64,000 bases of DNA from Candidatus Binatia bacterium (GCA_038245295.1 JBBRSP010000027.1:1-64000), one strand, 5' to 3'. Positions 28,109 through 38,538 are shown, counted from the stretch's first letter. Notes: generated by a model from the sequence alone, not told the origin. Numbers and translations: made by a program.

Positions 28109-30310
28109 GTGAGTCCGGAACAAGAAGGGGCAGCCCCCGCCGATCGTGACGCTATCGTCGGTGTGGTCCAGCGCTACTGGGGCTACTCGACGTTGCGACC
28201 GCTGCAAGAGCAGGCGATTCACGCCAGCCTCTGGCAGCGCGACTCGCTGGTTGTGCTGCCGACTGGCGGTGGCAAGTCGCTCTGTTACCAGGTGCCGCCG
28301 GCCTTGCTGGAAGCCACTGATGTCGTTGTTTCGCCCCTCATCTCGCTGATGAAGGATCAAGTGGACGGACTGCGTGCCTGTGGCTACGCCGCGGCCGCTC
28401 TGTACTCGGGCATGGCCTATCCCGACGTGCGGGCTGTCGAGGCGCAGTTGCTGGCCGGCCAGCTGCGCCTGCTGTTTGTCGCTCCGGAACGTCTGCTGAC
28501 GCCGCGCTTCATCGAGCTCCTGCAGCGAACCCGGGTGCGCGCCTTCGCCATCGACGAAGCGCACTGCATCAGTCACTGGGGCCATGATTTTCGTCCCGAG
28601 TACCGGCAATTGGCCCGGCTGAAGGACTCTTTCCCGACTGCCAGTTTGCACGCGTTTACGGCAACGGCGACCGAGCGCGTGCGCGCCGATATCGTCGCGC
28701 AACTGGGTTTGCGCGACCCGGCCGTTCTGGTCGGCGGCTTCGATCGGCCGAACCTGATCTACCGTATCGTGCCGCGTATCGATGCCGAGGACCAGGCGTT
28801 GGAGGTGATACGGCGCCGGCCGGGGCAGGCAATCATCGTCTACACCATCAGTCGCAAGGACGCCGAGTCGATGGCGGCGTGGTTGAAGCAACACGGCGTG
28901 CGCGCGGCATACTACCACGCCGGGATGGACGCCGAGCTGCGGCGCAAGACGCAGGAGCAATTTGCTTCGGAAGACCTCGACGTCATCGCCGCGACCGTCG
29001 CCTTTGGCATGGGCATCGATCGTAGCGACGTACGCTGTGTGATCCATGCGGCGATGCCGAAATCGATTGAACACTATCAACAGGAAACCGGACGGGCAGG
29101 GCGGGATGGCCTCCCGGCCGAGTGTATCCTTTTCTACTCGGCGGCCGATGCCATGCGGTGGGAGTCCTTGCTGCAGCGCTCAGCCGCCGAGAGCGATTCG
29201 CCAGAGGACACGATCACCCCGGCCTTGGAGCTACTTTCGCACATGCGGCGCTTGTGCGGCAGCATGCGCTGCCGGCACCGCGCCCTGTCGAGTTACTTTG
29301 GGCAGGAGCTAGAAGCCGCCAACTGCGGCGCCTGCGACGTGTGTTTGGAAGAGGTCGACGGACTCGTCGATGGAACCGTGACGGCACAGAAGGTCCTGTC
29401 ATGTGTGGCGCGTACCGGCGAGCGTTTCGGTATTGAGCACATCTGCGATGTACTGCTCGGCGCGCAGTCCGATCGGGTTCGTAAATGGAACCATGACCAG
29501 TTGTCGACCTACGGCCTCCTAAAGGGCACGAACCGACGCGACCTGAACAACGTGGTGTATCAACTGGTCGATCTGGGCGTTCTAGCGCGCACCCCCGGCG
29601 ACCGCCCCGTCTTACAGCTGAACGACTTATCCTGGGAAGTCATGCGCGGTCGGCGGCCGGTGCAGATCAAGCAGGTCAAGGAGTCTGGGCTCAAGACGAC
29701 GGTCGCCGAAGCGGAATCGTGGGAGGGGATCGATCGCGGCCTGTTCGATGCGCTGCGCGACTTGCGTCGGCAGATTGCCGACGAACGCGGCGTGCCTGCC
29801 TTCGTGATCTTTGGCGACGTGACGCTGCGTGACATGGCGCGTGCCCGCCCGGCGTCACGCGAGGCGATGCTGAATGTGCGTGGTGTCGGTCAGAAGAAGC
29901 TCGAGGACTTGGGCGAGCGCTTCCTCGACCGCATGGCCAGCTACTGCGCCGCCCACGACCTCGATCTCGACGTGGCGGCTGGCACACGCCCACGGCGCAA
30001 AGCCGGTGCGCGCGTCAGCGATGCGAAACGGGTGGCATTCGAAATGTTCGCTGCCGGCAAGAGCTTCGACGAGATCGGCGCGGCGATCGATCGGCGTCCG
30101 GGGACGTTGGCTGAGTACCTTGAAGAGTTCCTGGCTACCAACCGCCCCGAGTCGATTGACCCGTGGGTCGATCGCAGCATCCAGGCGCAAGTACTCGAGG
30201 CGGCGCGTTACGCTCCCGAGGGTCGATTGAAGCCGATCTTCCAGGCGCTCGGGGGGCGCGTTCCGTACGAGCAGATTCGTTTCGTCATCGCCTGGCACGG
30301 CGCCGCGTAG
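28109..30310 (+). CDS. recQ: ATP-dependent DNA helicase RecQ
   Basis: PTGGGKS, IDEAHCISHWGHDFRPEY, QETGRAGRDG, Zn-binding CRH..CGACDVC, then RQC, HRDC and a C-terminal HTH. GTG 28109 is the likely start. Confidence 0.95.
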   Translation: MSPEQEGAAPADRDAIVGVVQRYWGYSTLRPLQEQAIHASLWQRDSLVVLPTGGGKSLCYQVPPALLEATDVVVSPLISLMKDQVDGLRACGYAAAALYSGMAYPDVRAVEAQLLAGQLRLLFVAPERLLTPRFIELLQRTRVRAFAIDEAHCISHWGHDFRPEYRQLARLKDSFPTASLHAFTATATERVRADIVAQLGLRDPAVLVGGFDRPNLIYRIVPRIDAEDQALEVIRRRPGQAIIVYTISRKDAESMAAWLKQHGVRAAYYHAGMDAELRRKTQEQFASEDLDVIAATVAFGMGIDRSDVRCVIHAAMPKSIEHYQQETGRAGRDGLPAECILFYSAADAMRWESLLQRSAAESDSPEDTITPALELLSHMRRLCGSMRCRHRALSSYFGQELEAANCGACDVCLEEVDGLVDGTVTAQKVLSCVARTGERFGIEHICDVLLGAQSDRVRKWNHDQLSTYGLLKGTNRRDLNNVVYQLVDLGVLARTPGDRPVLQLNDLSWEVMRGRRPVQIKQVKESGLKTTVAEAESWEGIDRGLFDALRDLRRQIADERGVPAFVIFGDVTLRDMARARPASREAMLNVRGVGQKKLEDLGERFLDRMASYCAAHDLDLDVAAGTRPRRKAGARVSDAKRVAFEMFAAGKSFDEIGAAIDRRPGTLAEYLEEFLATNRPESIDPWVDRSIQAQVLEAARYAPEGRLKPIFQALGGRVPYEQIRFVIAWHGAA

Positions 30311-30342
30311 CACGGGCCCAGCCCCGCCGTGGTAGAGTCGAT

Positions 30343-31572
30343 CTAGGGTGTCTTCGATGTTCGACCGAGACTCCGCGCCTGCTGAACCTTCGCCGGTGCT
30401 GTCGTCCCGCGCAGCACGACGCTGCGCCCGAAGCGCTCGGTCAATGCGTCCAACGCCTTATTGACGGCACTCTCTTTGTTGTCGCTCGTGGCCTCGAACA
30501 GGCTGAGTTGGCCGGCCTTGCCATCCTCGAGCGAACTCACGGCGACACCAAGAAGCCGAATCATCCGCCCTTGATGTGATTCCTTCCACAAGGCCTGTGC
30601 GACCCGGGCGATCGTCGGGCCGTCGTCGGTTGCCTTGGGCAGGGTGACGCGTCGGGTGATGACCGGGAACTTCCCCGGGCCAATGGAGTTGGTCAGCTTG
30701 AACTTGAGAGTGACGGTACGAATCCAGCGGTGCTCGAGACGCAGTCTTCGTGCGATCGCTTCGGCCTGGTCGGCCAGCAGTCGATGGAGCTCTTCGCTGT
30801 CGCGCCGATCACGATCGAACGTTTGTTCCTCGCCGTACGACTTGCGTCGCCGTTCACTGTCGACCACACGCTCATCGTGTCCCTGTGCCAGCTCCCACAG
30901 GCCGCGGCCGGTATTGCCGAGGTGCCGTTCGAGTGTTGTCACCGGCAAGTCGGCGAGTTGGCCGATAGTGGCAATACCGAGACGTGTCAGCACCTGTTGT
31001 GTCGCCGGACCGACGCCCCACAAATGCGCAACCGACAGCGGTCGCAGGAAGTCGTCGACCGCTTCAGGCAGAATCTCGACGAGGCCGTCGGGCTTGCCGC
31101 GGTTGCAGGCGATCTTGGCCACCATCTTCGTAGGCCCGATGCCTACCGAGACGGCGAGGCCAGTCTCCAGACGTACGCGCTTCCTGAGTCGGTCGGCGAT
31201 GGTGCGAGCGCTACCGAACAGTTGCAGGGAAGCGGTGACATCGAGGAACGCCTCGTCCAGGGAGAGAGGCTCCACTTCTGGTGTGAACTCGCCGAAGACG
31301 GAGCGGATCTGTTGGGCGACCTCGGTGTAGCGCTCCATGCGGCCCGGCAGAAAGACTCCGTGCGGGCAGAGCTTGCGTGCCTGGACGGATGGCATCGCGG
31401 AGTGGACACCGAAGACGCGTGCCTCGTAGGACGCGGTCGACACGACGCCGCGGCTGCCACTGCCGCCGACGATCACGGGTTTACCGAGGAGCTCCGGCCG
31501 ATCGTGCTGTTCGACCGACGCGTAGAAGGCGTCCATGTCGGCGTGCAGGATGGTGCGGGCGCGCTGGCTCAT
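30343..31572 (-). CDS. dinB: DNA polymerase IV
   Basis: HADMDAFYASVE, STASYEAR, SLDEAFLD and KPDG. Confidence 0.96.
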   Translation of the reverse strand: MSQRARTILHADMDAFYASVEQHDRPELLGKPVIVGGSGSRGVVSTASYEARVFGVHSAMPSVQARKLCPHGVFLPGRMERYTEVAQQIRSVFGEFTPEVEPLSLDEAFLDVTASLQLFGSARTIADRLRKRVRLETGLAVSVGIGPTKMVAKIACNRGKPDGLVEILPEAVDDFLRPLSVAHLWGVGPATQQVLTRLGIATIGQLADLPVTTLERHLGNTGRGLWELAQGHDERVVDSERRRKSYGEEQTFDRDRRDSEELHRLLADQAEAIARRLRLEHRWIRTVTLKFKLTNSIGPGKFPVITRRVTLPKATDDGPTIARVAQALWKESHQGRMIRLLGVAVSSLEDGKAGQLSLFEATSDNKESAVNKALDALTERFGRSVVLRGTTAPAKVQQARSLGRTSKTP

Positions 31573-31578
31573 GACCGA

Positions 31579-32979
31579 TCAGGAGGGCTGCTCCTGCAGC
31601 GCCGGTGCCAGCGTCGCGCCGTGTAAGCTTCTCAGGGTGCGTTGCAGGAGCACGAGCATGACGCCGGCGGACAAGACGTTGCCGACGGACACACAGGTGA
31701 AGACGGCACGTTCGGTCATCCCGAACCGGCTCGTACAGATGATCGAGACAACCAGAACGGTGATGACGCGGGCGATCATCCACATCATCGGGAGGGTGGC
31801 GCGCCCGAGGCCCTGGAAGGAGAACGACACGACCATGGCGATACCAACAAACGGGTACGACGGAGCAATGATGTGAAAGTAGAGCGAGCCGATGGCAATC
31901 AATTCGGGGTCGGTGGTGAAACGTCCAAGCCACAGGGTCGGCTGGAGGAATAGCGCCAACGCGATGACGCCGAGTGAGCTGCCGATCAAGATCATCGCCT
32001 TATAGGCGTAAACGCCGGCGCGTTCCGGACGCTGCGCTCCGGTAGTCATGCCGACCAGCGTAAGCACTGCCGAGCCGACACCGTAGGCGAACGACAGCAT
32101 CAGGAAGTCGAGGCGTGTGCCGAGGCCGTAGGCGGCCAGGTGTGAATTGCCGAAGCGCGCCACGATGCCGGTCAGGATCATCAGGCCGAGGTAGTTGATG
32201 AAGGTGGCCATGGATGCCGGCACACCGACGCGTAGTACCTCGCGCACGGGAGGCCAGCGGAAGCTTCTCGGCAGCACGCGCGGATGCAGGGTTCCGTGCC
32301 CACCCCAGACGAACCAGGCGCGCGGGATGGTGGCGAGGAACTGGCTCGTCAGCACGGCCAGAGCGGAGCCGACGAGATTCAAGCCGAAGACGAACATGAA
32401 GATCGGTGTCAGGATGATCTGCAGCCCGAGCGAAGTGCTCGACCAGATCGACGAAACGCGGACGTTACCTTCGCCTCGCAAGACGCTGTCGAACATGGCA
32501 CCGACGAAAGTGATCACCGATCCACCGAACAGCACACGAGCAAACGTGGTTGCCTGTTCGAGGACTTCGCCGCGCCCGCCCATCAGCGTGAAGATCGGCC
32601 TGGCGAACAACAACAGGGTGGCGGCGAAGACGATGCCGATGCCGACGCTGAGGACGATGGCGTGTTCGGCAAAGCTGTTCGCCTCGGCGTGTCGGCCGGC
32701 GCCGAGGGCTCGCGCCACCGCCGAGGCAGCCCCGGCACCGATACCGCCGCCCATGGCGGTGATGGCGATCAGCGAGATCGGGAAGACCAGGGAGACGGCA
32801 GCGATGGCCTCGGGTCCGAGCTTGCTGACGTACCACGTGTAGAGAACGTTCGAGGTGGCGGCGACCAGCATGACCAGGGTCGTCGGCGTGGCGAGTCGCA
32901 ACACGGCGCGCATCGGCGGCATCGATAACAACAGGTCGGCATTGGCGTTGCCGGTGCGTCGGGGTTGTTTGTCACTCAT
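31579..32979 (-). CDS. MATE family efflux transporter
   Basis: LG..AIAAVSLVFP, ARALGAG, LRGEGN and LAAYGLG, with about 12 TM segments. Start MSDKQ assumed. Confidence 0.9.
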   Translation of the reverse strand: MSDKQPRRTGNANADLLLSMPPMRAVLRLATPTTLVMLVAATSNVLYTWYVSKLGPEAIAAVSLVFPISLIAITAMGGGIGAGAASAVARALGAGRHAEANSFAEHAIVLSVGIGIVFAATLLLFARPIFTLMGGRGEVLEQATTFARVLFGGSVITFVGAMFDSVLRGEGNVRVSSIWSSTSLGLQIILTPIFMFVFGLNLVGSALAVLTSQFLATIPRAWFVWGGHGTLHPRVLPRSFRWPPVREVLRVGVPASMATFINYLGLMILTGIVARFGNSHLAAYGLGTRLDFLMLSFAYGVGSAVLTLVGMTTGAQRPERAGVYAYKAMILIGSSLGVIALALFLQPTLWLGRFTTDPELIAIGSLYFHIIAPSYPFVGIAMVVSFSFQGLGRATLPMMWMIARVITVLVVSIICTSRFGMTERAVFTCVSVGNVLSAGVMLVLLQRTLRSLHGATLAPALQEQPS

Positions 32980-33182
32980 GAAGTGGCGGCAAGGTACCCG
33001 TTCGCCGCCCCCGAAGGAAGCAGGTCTCGGCCCCCGAGCGACAGCCCGAGCGCGCCCGCTGCCGAAGCAAATGCTGCTGGTCGAGCGAACTGATTCGCAG
33101 GGAGAGGAATCCTCGACACCAATCGTCACACAACTCGGACATGCGCTGCGCATTTAGGACGCGGCTCCGCCTTGCAGCCCAT

Positions 33183-33199
33183 TTGGCACGCAATACGCT
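33183..33199 (+). promoter_or_regulatory. Candidate sigma-54 promoter for WS/DGAT
   Basis: TTGGCACGCAATACGCT: perfect -24 TGGCACG and GG-N10-GC spacing, about 50 nt before the ATG. Confidence 0.5.
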
Positions 33200-33247
33200 C
33201 TTGCCATCGACCAAGCACGGCATAGGGACAGACGAGGAGAGACATAC

Positions 33248-34693
33248 ATGGCGACGGTCGGCGCAAACCACGAACCATGGACCCGGTTGAGCGGCGAGGA
33301 TCTGAGCTTTTGGTGGGTCGACTCACCGATGCAACCGACGACGATGGCGATGCTCATGTTACTCGATCGGGCTCCGGATCAGCAGCGGCTTGCCGACGCG
33401 TTCGGGCGAGCCCTCACTGCCGTGCCGCGGTTGCGCGAGCGTGTGGTCGAAGCGCCGTTCAATCTTACGCTACCGCACTGGGAGACCGATCCTACCTTTG
33501 ATCTCGACTACCACGTACGTCGCCACGCCCTGTCCGGTAAACACGACCTCGAGGAGCTGCTCCGAGAGATCGCCCCAACCTACGAAACACCCTTTGATCG
33601 GAGCCGACCGCTGTGGGAAGCGCGTATCTTCGATGGCTTTGGTTCGAAGCGACAGTCGGCGTTGTTCTTCAAGCTGCACCACGCGGTCGCCGATGGAGTA
33701 GGGGGCAACGCGATTCTGGCGGCGCTCACCGACTGCGAGCGCGATCCCGATCGCAACGGTGAGCCTCACTTTGATTGCCGGAAGGGTTGCTGGGAAGAAA
33801 CCGCCCCCCTAGCGCAACGCTTTATTGAGGCCTTGCAAGATCGGGCACAGATGGATCTGCAACGTGCCGGCGCCGCCGCCACGGCGGTTGCGGACGCCGT
33901 GATGCACCCGGAAAAGCTGCGAGCGTTCGTCCAAGGGGCACGCACGCTCGCCGAGTTGGCGCAGTTTGATAGTCACTCCCCACTCAAGGAACGCAGCAGC
34001 CGGGCGCGGCGCTTGAGCGTTACCTCGCTGCCGTTCGATGAGGTGCGAGCCGCCAAGCGGCAGCTCGGTGGGCCGATGATCGCCGTCATTCTGACGATCA
34101 TGGCCCGCGCCATCGGCAAGTGGTACTCGACGCAGGGGATCTCGGGCGTGCGTGAGTTGATGACTCTCGTGCCGGTCAATCTACGAAAGCCGGAGGAGTG
34201 GGTGACCAAGGCCGCCGTCGGCAATGTCGCCACCGGCTTGATGGTCGAGCTACCCCTTTGGCACCGGCAGATCCTGCCACTTTTCCGCGACATCTGTCAT
34301 CGCGTCGAGACGAAGAAGGCCGACCCTCTGTTGAACGCCTCACCGTTGCTCGCGGAAGCGATGAGTGTGTTGCCACGACCACTGTTCTCCTGGATGAGTG
34401 AGGCGACGTTCGGCAACATCGATTTCATCGTCACCAACGTTCCAGGAATTCCGGTTGAACGCTTCCTGGCAGGTGCCGAGATCACCGCGGCGTATCCATT
34501 TGCCCCCGTCGCCATCAAGAGTCCGGTGAGCGTCGCTCTCTATGGATATCGCGACAGGCTGTTCATCGGTTTGAATTCCGACGACGGGCTGATGCCCGAC
34601 GTGCAGGTCTTCAAGGATCTCATCGAGCACGCGTTCAAGGAAGTGCGCCGTGCGGCTCGCGATACGGCGCGAATCGCCGAGCGCGACGAGTGA
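33248..34693 (+). CDS. Wax ester synthase / diacylglycerol acyltransferase (WS/DGAT)
   Basis: FDLDYHVR, DRSRPLWE, HHAVADG catalytic motif, VPVNLR and TNVPG. Confidence 0.94.
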   Translation: MATVGANHEPWTRLSGEDLSFWWVDSPMQPTTMAMLMLLDRAPDQQRLADAFGRALTAVPRLRERVVEAPFNLTLPHWETDPTFDLDYHVRRHALSGKHDLEELLREIAPTYETPFDRSRPLWEARIFDGFGSKRQSALFFKLHHAVADGVGGNAILAALTDCERDPDRNGEPHFDCRKGCWEETAPLAQRFIEALQDRAQMDLQRAGAAATAVADAVMHPEKLRAFVQGARTLAELAQFDSHSPLKERSSRARRLSVTSLPFDEVRAAKRQLGGPMIAVILTIMARAIGKWYSTQGISGVRELMTLVPVNLRKPEEWVTKAAVGNVATGLMVELPLWHRQILPLFRDICHRVETKKADPLLNASPLLAEAMSVLPRPLFSWMSEATFGNIDFIVTNVPGIPVERFLAGAEITAAYPFAPVAIKSPVSVALYGYRDRLFIGLNSDDGLMPDVQVFKDLIEHAFKEVRRAARDTARIAERDE

Positions 34694-34720
34694 TGCGAGC
34701 CTTCGTCGAGCCCAGTCGTT

Positions 34721-34810
34721 CCTGAAACCACCGTCGTAGCCACTATCGGCTTGTGTTTTGCGTTCGGCTTCGTAGCCGTCGGCATGCTCATCGAGCCGCA
34801 TCTGGTCGCC
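34721..34810 (+). pseudogene. Possible remnant of a CPA2 (YbaL/Kef-like) antiporter gene
   Basis: A start-less frame reads PETTVVATIGLCFAFGFVAVGMLIEPHLV. This resembles a YbaL N-terminus joined to the internal FVSVGMLFDP motif. Confidence 0.35.
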
Positions 34811-34895
34811 GCGCGGCATGGTGGGCGCACCGCGACGGCACGCCCACGTGCCAACCGCCTTTCCTTGCCCGGTGGTGCCTGGTAAGCCGCGACAC

Positions 34896-37253
34896 ATGGA
34901 CTCCAACCCGATCTATCGCGATGTGCGCCACTCGATCGATGTTCGCGCGGACGACCTACTCGGCCGTATGACACTCGACGAAAAGCTGGCGCAGCTTGGT
35001 GGGACCTGGTCGACCGGCCTCATGGGTGATGGCGGGAGTCTGAACGAAACACGTGCGAGAGAGAAGCTGCAGCATGGCATCGGGCACGTGACGCGTATCG
35101 GCGGGGCCAGCGTGTTGCGGCCACACGAGACGGCGGCGCTGTGCAACGAGATCCAGCGCTTCCTGCGCCAGCACACCCGTTTGGGAATTCCTGCCATCGT
35201 GCACGAAGAGAGCTGCGCCGGTTACCTGGCGCGCGACGCGACATGTTTCCCTCAAGCGATCGGCATGGCGGCGACGTGGTCGCCCGATCTGGTCGAGGCG
35301 GTGGGTCAGGTGATCCGTGATCAGATGCGGGCGTCGGGCAGTCACCAAACCTTGGCTCCGGTCTTGGACATCGCCCGTGATGCGCGTTGGGGCCGCACCG
35401 AGGAGACCTTCGGTGAAGATCCCTACCTCGTAGCGCAGCTCGGCATGGCATACATCCGCGGCGTGCAAGGGCCCGACCTGCGGCGCGGTATCGTCGCTAC
35501 GGCCAAACATTTCCTTGGCTACAGCGCGACCGAAGGGGGGATGAACTGGGCGCCGTCGCATCTCGGACGACGCGAGCTGTTGGAGGTGTATGCGGCGCCC
35601 TTTGCGGCAGCGATCCATGGCGCGCACGTTGCCTCGGTGATGAACTCGTACAGCGAGATCGATGGCGTCCCGGTTGGCGCCTCGAAGGAGATCCTCGACG
35701 ATCTGCTGCGCGGAACGCTTGGCTTCACCGGCGTGGTGGTCAGCGATTACTTCACGATCGCGACTCTGGCGCAGTATCACCGTGTTGCCGCCGACGAGTC
35801 AGAGGCGGCGCGTATGGGGCTCGAAGCCGGAATCGATATCGAGCTGCCGGCACTGCATTGTTACGGCTCGCCGCTGCGCGCGGCGATCGAAGCCGGACGT
35901 GTTCCCATGGAATTGGTGGATCGCTCGGTGCGGCGCGTCTTGCAGATGAAATTCGATCTTGGATTGTTCGACGATCCCTACGTGGACCCGAAGCTTGCTC
36001 CCGCCCTGTTCGGCACACCGGAGGATCTCTGCCTGGCCCGCCACGTGGCGCAGAAGTCGCTCGTCCTTCTGAAGAACGACGGCGAGATCTTGCCGCTGCA
36101 GAAAGACGTCGGACCCATCGCCATTCTTGGTCCGCACGCGTCGAGTGTCCGCTTGCTGCAAGGCGACTACCACTATCCGTCGCATCTGGAGATCATGTTC
36201 GGCGAGATCACCGAAGGCGACATGTCGCCTCGCCCGGCCGGTCAGATCAACCTCGGCATGCATTTTCCACCGACCGTAACGATTGCGGATGCGATTCGTG
36301 CCGCCGTCGGGGCCGCCACCGAGGTTCGGGTGGCGCGCGGCTGCGATGTCGTCGATCCATCGACGGCCGGTTTTGCCGAGGCCGCAGCGGCGGCACGCGG
36401 CGCCCAGGTGGCGGTTGTCGTGTTGGGAGAGAAATCGGGATTGAGCCAAGGCTGCACGAGTGGCGAGTCGGTAGATCGCGCCGAGCTTGGCTTCTCGGGC
36501 GTACAGCAGCAGTTCCTCGAAGCCGTTGTGGCAACCGGCACACCGACGGTGTTGGTCGTCGTCAGCGGGCGTCCGCTGGCACTGCCGTGGGCGGCGGAAC
36601 ATGTCGCGGCCATCCTCTATTCTTGGGTGCCCGGACAAGAGGGTGGGAGTGCGATTGCCGAGGCTCTATTCGGCGATACGGAACCCGGCGGGCGGCTGCC
36701 GATTTCCTTGCCGCGCAACGTCGGGCAAGTGCCCGTGTTTTACGGCCACAAGCCTTCGGGGGGACGAAGCCATTGGAAGGGAAAGTACGCCGATTCGCCA
36801 AGCGAGCCGTTGTACGCGTTTGGTCACGGGCTGGGGTACACGCGCTTCGAATACTCCGACCTGCAGGCGTCGCCGACGCGGGTCCGCGCCGACGGCGAGC
36901 TTTCCATCGGCGTCACGGTGCGCAACACCGGCAAACGCACCGGTGACGAGATCGTCCAGCTCTACCTGCACGATGTAGTCGCCACGGTGACGCGGCCGGT
37001 GATGGAGCTCAAGGGTAGCGCACGGGTGACGCTCAAGCCGGAGGAATCGAAACGTGTGACGTTCGGAGTCGCGTTGAGCCAGATGGCATTTCTCGGGCGC
37101 CACGGGCGATGGATCATCGAGCCTGGGACGCTTGAAGTGATGGTTGGGAGTTCCTCGGTCGATGTTCGGCTACGCGGCGAGGTCGAAATCGACGGCGGTC
37201 CTCAGGAGGTTGATCCCTACGCCGTCTTTACAACCAGGATCGAAGTGGCCTGA
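34896..37253 (+). CDS. Glycoside hydrolase family 3 (beta-glucosidase/xylosidase) with FnIII domain
   Basis: MTLDEKLAQL, RWGRTEETFGEDP, AKHF, VVSDY (nucleophile), VLLKND and FGHGLGYT. No signal peptide. Confidence 0.95.
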   Translation: MDSNPIYRDVRHSIDVRADDLLGRMTLDEKLAQLGGTWSTGLMGDGGSLNETRAREKLQHGIGHVTRIGGASVLRPHETAALCNEIQRFLRQHTRLGIPAIVHEESCAGYLARDATCFPQAIGMAATWSPDLVEAVGQVIRDQMRASGSHQTLAPVLDIARDARWGRTEETFGEDPYLVAQLGMAYIRGVQGPDLRRGIVATAKHFLGYSATEGGMNWAPSHLGRRELLEVYAAPFAAAIHGAHVASVMNSYSEIDGVPVGASKEILDDLLRGTLGFTGVVVSDYFTIATLAQYHRVAADESEAARMGLEAGIDIELPALHCYGSPLRAAIEAGRVPMELVDRSVRRVLQMKFDLGLFDDPYVDPKLAPALFGTPEDLCLARHVAQKSLVLLKNDGEILPLQKDVGPIAILGPHASSVRLLQGDYHYPSHLEIMFGEITEGDMSPRPAGQINLGMHFPPTVTIADAIRAAVGAATEVRVARGCDVVDPSTAGFAEAAAAARGAQVAVVVLGEKSGLSQGCTSGESVDRAELGFSGVQQQFLEAVVATGTPTVLVVVSGRPLALPWAAEHVAAILYSWVPGQEGGSAIAEALFGDTEPGGRLPISLPRNVGQVPVFYGHKPSGGRSHWKGKYADSPSEPLYAFGHGLGYTRFEYSDLQASPTRVRADGELSIGVTVRNTGKRTGDEIVQLYLHDVVATVTRPVMELKGSARVTLKPEESKRVTFGVALSQMAFLGRHGRWIIEPGTLEVMVGSSSVDVRLRGEVEIDGGPQEVDPYAVFTTRIEVA

Positions 37254-37309
37254 CGCGGCGTCCCGCGCTTCGCGCCGCGCCAGCGCCGGGGCGGGTGAGG
37301 CTTGCAAAC

Positions 37310-37338
37310 GACGAGGGCTGGCAGAGCCAGCCCTCGTC
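37310..37338 (-). terminator. Intrinsic terminator hairpin downstream of the OmpA gene
   Basis: GACGAGGGCTGGC-AGA-GCCAGCCCTCGTC is a perfect 13-bp stem, followed by GTTT on the minus strand, between convergent genes. Confidence 0.8.
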
Positions 37339-37366
37339 CGAAACGAACAGAGTGGTGTGATCGCGT

Positions 37367-38365
37367 TTACGGGTTGGTGATACGGAGCTCGACGCGGCGG
37401 TTCTGTTGCATGCCGTCGGCCGTGTCGTTGCTGGCGACCGGTTGCGATTCGCCGTAGCCGATCGTAGAGAGACGCGACTTACCGACGCCGCCTTTTTCGA
37501 GGTAATCGGCGACCGAGTCGGCACGCCGCTCCGAAAGCTTCTGGTTGTGGGCGTCGCTGGCGCGGCTGTCGGTATGGCCTTCGACCGATACGTTGACGTC
37601 GGTGTTTTCTTTCAAGGTCGAGGCAGCCTCATCGAGAATCGGCTTCGCGTCAGTACGGATGTTCCACTTGTCGGTGTCGAAATTCACACCGCGCAAGACG
37701 ATCTTCTTCTTCATCGGTGGTGCCGGTGCCGGCGTCGGCGGAGGTGGTGGCGCTTCGGCGACGGCTGGTGCCGGGGCGCGGAAGCGATGCTCGAAGCTGA
37801 GGCCGCCGCTGACGTAGGTGAGGTCCTCGTGCTCCGAATGCCCGGGGATGTTCGGATTGATCTTGAATGCCTGCATCACCGACTGATCGCGTCGCACGAA
37901 CAGGCCGATCGAGTCGTTCGTCCAGAACTCGTAGTTGACGCCGCCGTTGATATTCCAGCCGCCACCACCGTCGTCGAGAGGACCGCTGCAGTCGGTGTAG
38001 TAGCCCCCCTGGGCGCCGAAGTAGGCTTCGAGGTTCTCGTCGAGAAGCGAGAAGCGTGGACCCGCCGTGGCGGAGAAGAGGGTTGTCGCATCACTCTGAC
38101 GGCCCTGACCGCGTTTGATGGACGTTGGGAATCCGGCAAAGGTCGGCTGCGCGACCAATGACACTCCGAGGCTTTGCCCCAGCGTGAAGAGATGGTACCC
38201 GGCGAACGGCGCAACCATCCCACCAACGTCGGCGGTCTTCCGGAACTTTTCTGTTGGTGCGGCGACGCCGACGTCGACGCCGACGAACGGCTCACCGGCC
38301 CACGCGGGCTCAGTGATTGCCCCAATTGCCAGTGCGGCGCCCAAGGCAAGACCTAGCTTCTTCAT
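37367..38365 (-). CDS. OmpA-family outer membrane protein
   Basis: Signal peptide, beta-barrel-like N-terminal half, Pro linker, GVNFD, EGHTDS, NQKLSERRA and NRRVE. Confidence 0.94.
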   Translation of the reverse strand: MKKLGLALGAALAIGAITEPAWAGEPFVGVDVGVAAPTEKFRKTADVGGMVAPFAGYHLFTLGQSLGVSLVAQPTFAGFPTSIKRGQGRQSDATTLFSATAGPRFSLLDENLEAYFGAQGGYYTDCSGPLDDGGGGWNINGGVNYEFWTNDSIGLFVRRDQSVMQAFKINPNIPGHSEHEDLTYVSGGLSFEHRFRAPAPAVAEAPPPPPTPAPAPPMKKKIVLRGVNFDTDKWNIRTDAKPILDEAASTLKENTDVNVSVEGHTDSRASDAHNQKLSERRADSVADYLEKGGVGKSRLSTIGYGESQPVASNDTADGMQQNRRVELRITNP

Positions 38366-38434
38366 AGATGTCCCTCCCGTTTCCGCCCCAGTCGGCGCAT
38401 CGCGCCGCCGGTCTCAATTTCGCAAAGTTGCGGG

Positions 38435-38463
38435 ATACTACAGAAAGGCCGTCCCGTTTTGAA
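38435..38463 (-). promoter_or_regulatory. Candidate sigma-70 promoter for the OmpA gene
   Basis: Minus strand TTCAAA-N17-TAGTAT, about 70 nt upstream of the ATG. Confidence 0.45.
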
Positions 38464-38538
38464 GAGGTAGCAGGCTCCTTCCGAGAAAAGTGTCACGGTC
38501 GCGTCGTCTTGGGTTTGTTATCCCGCTCCTTCGGACCG

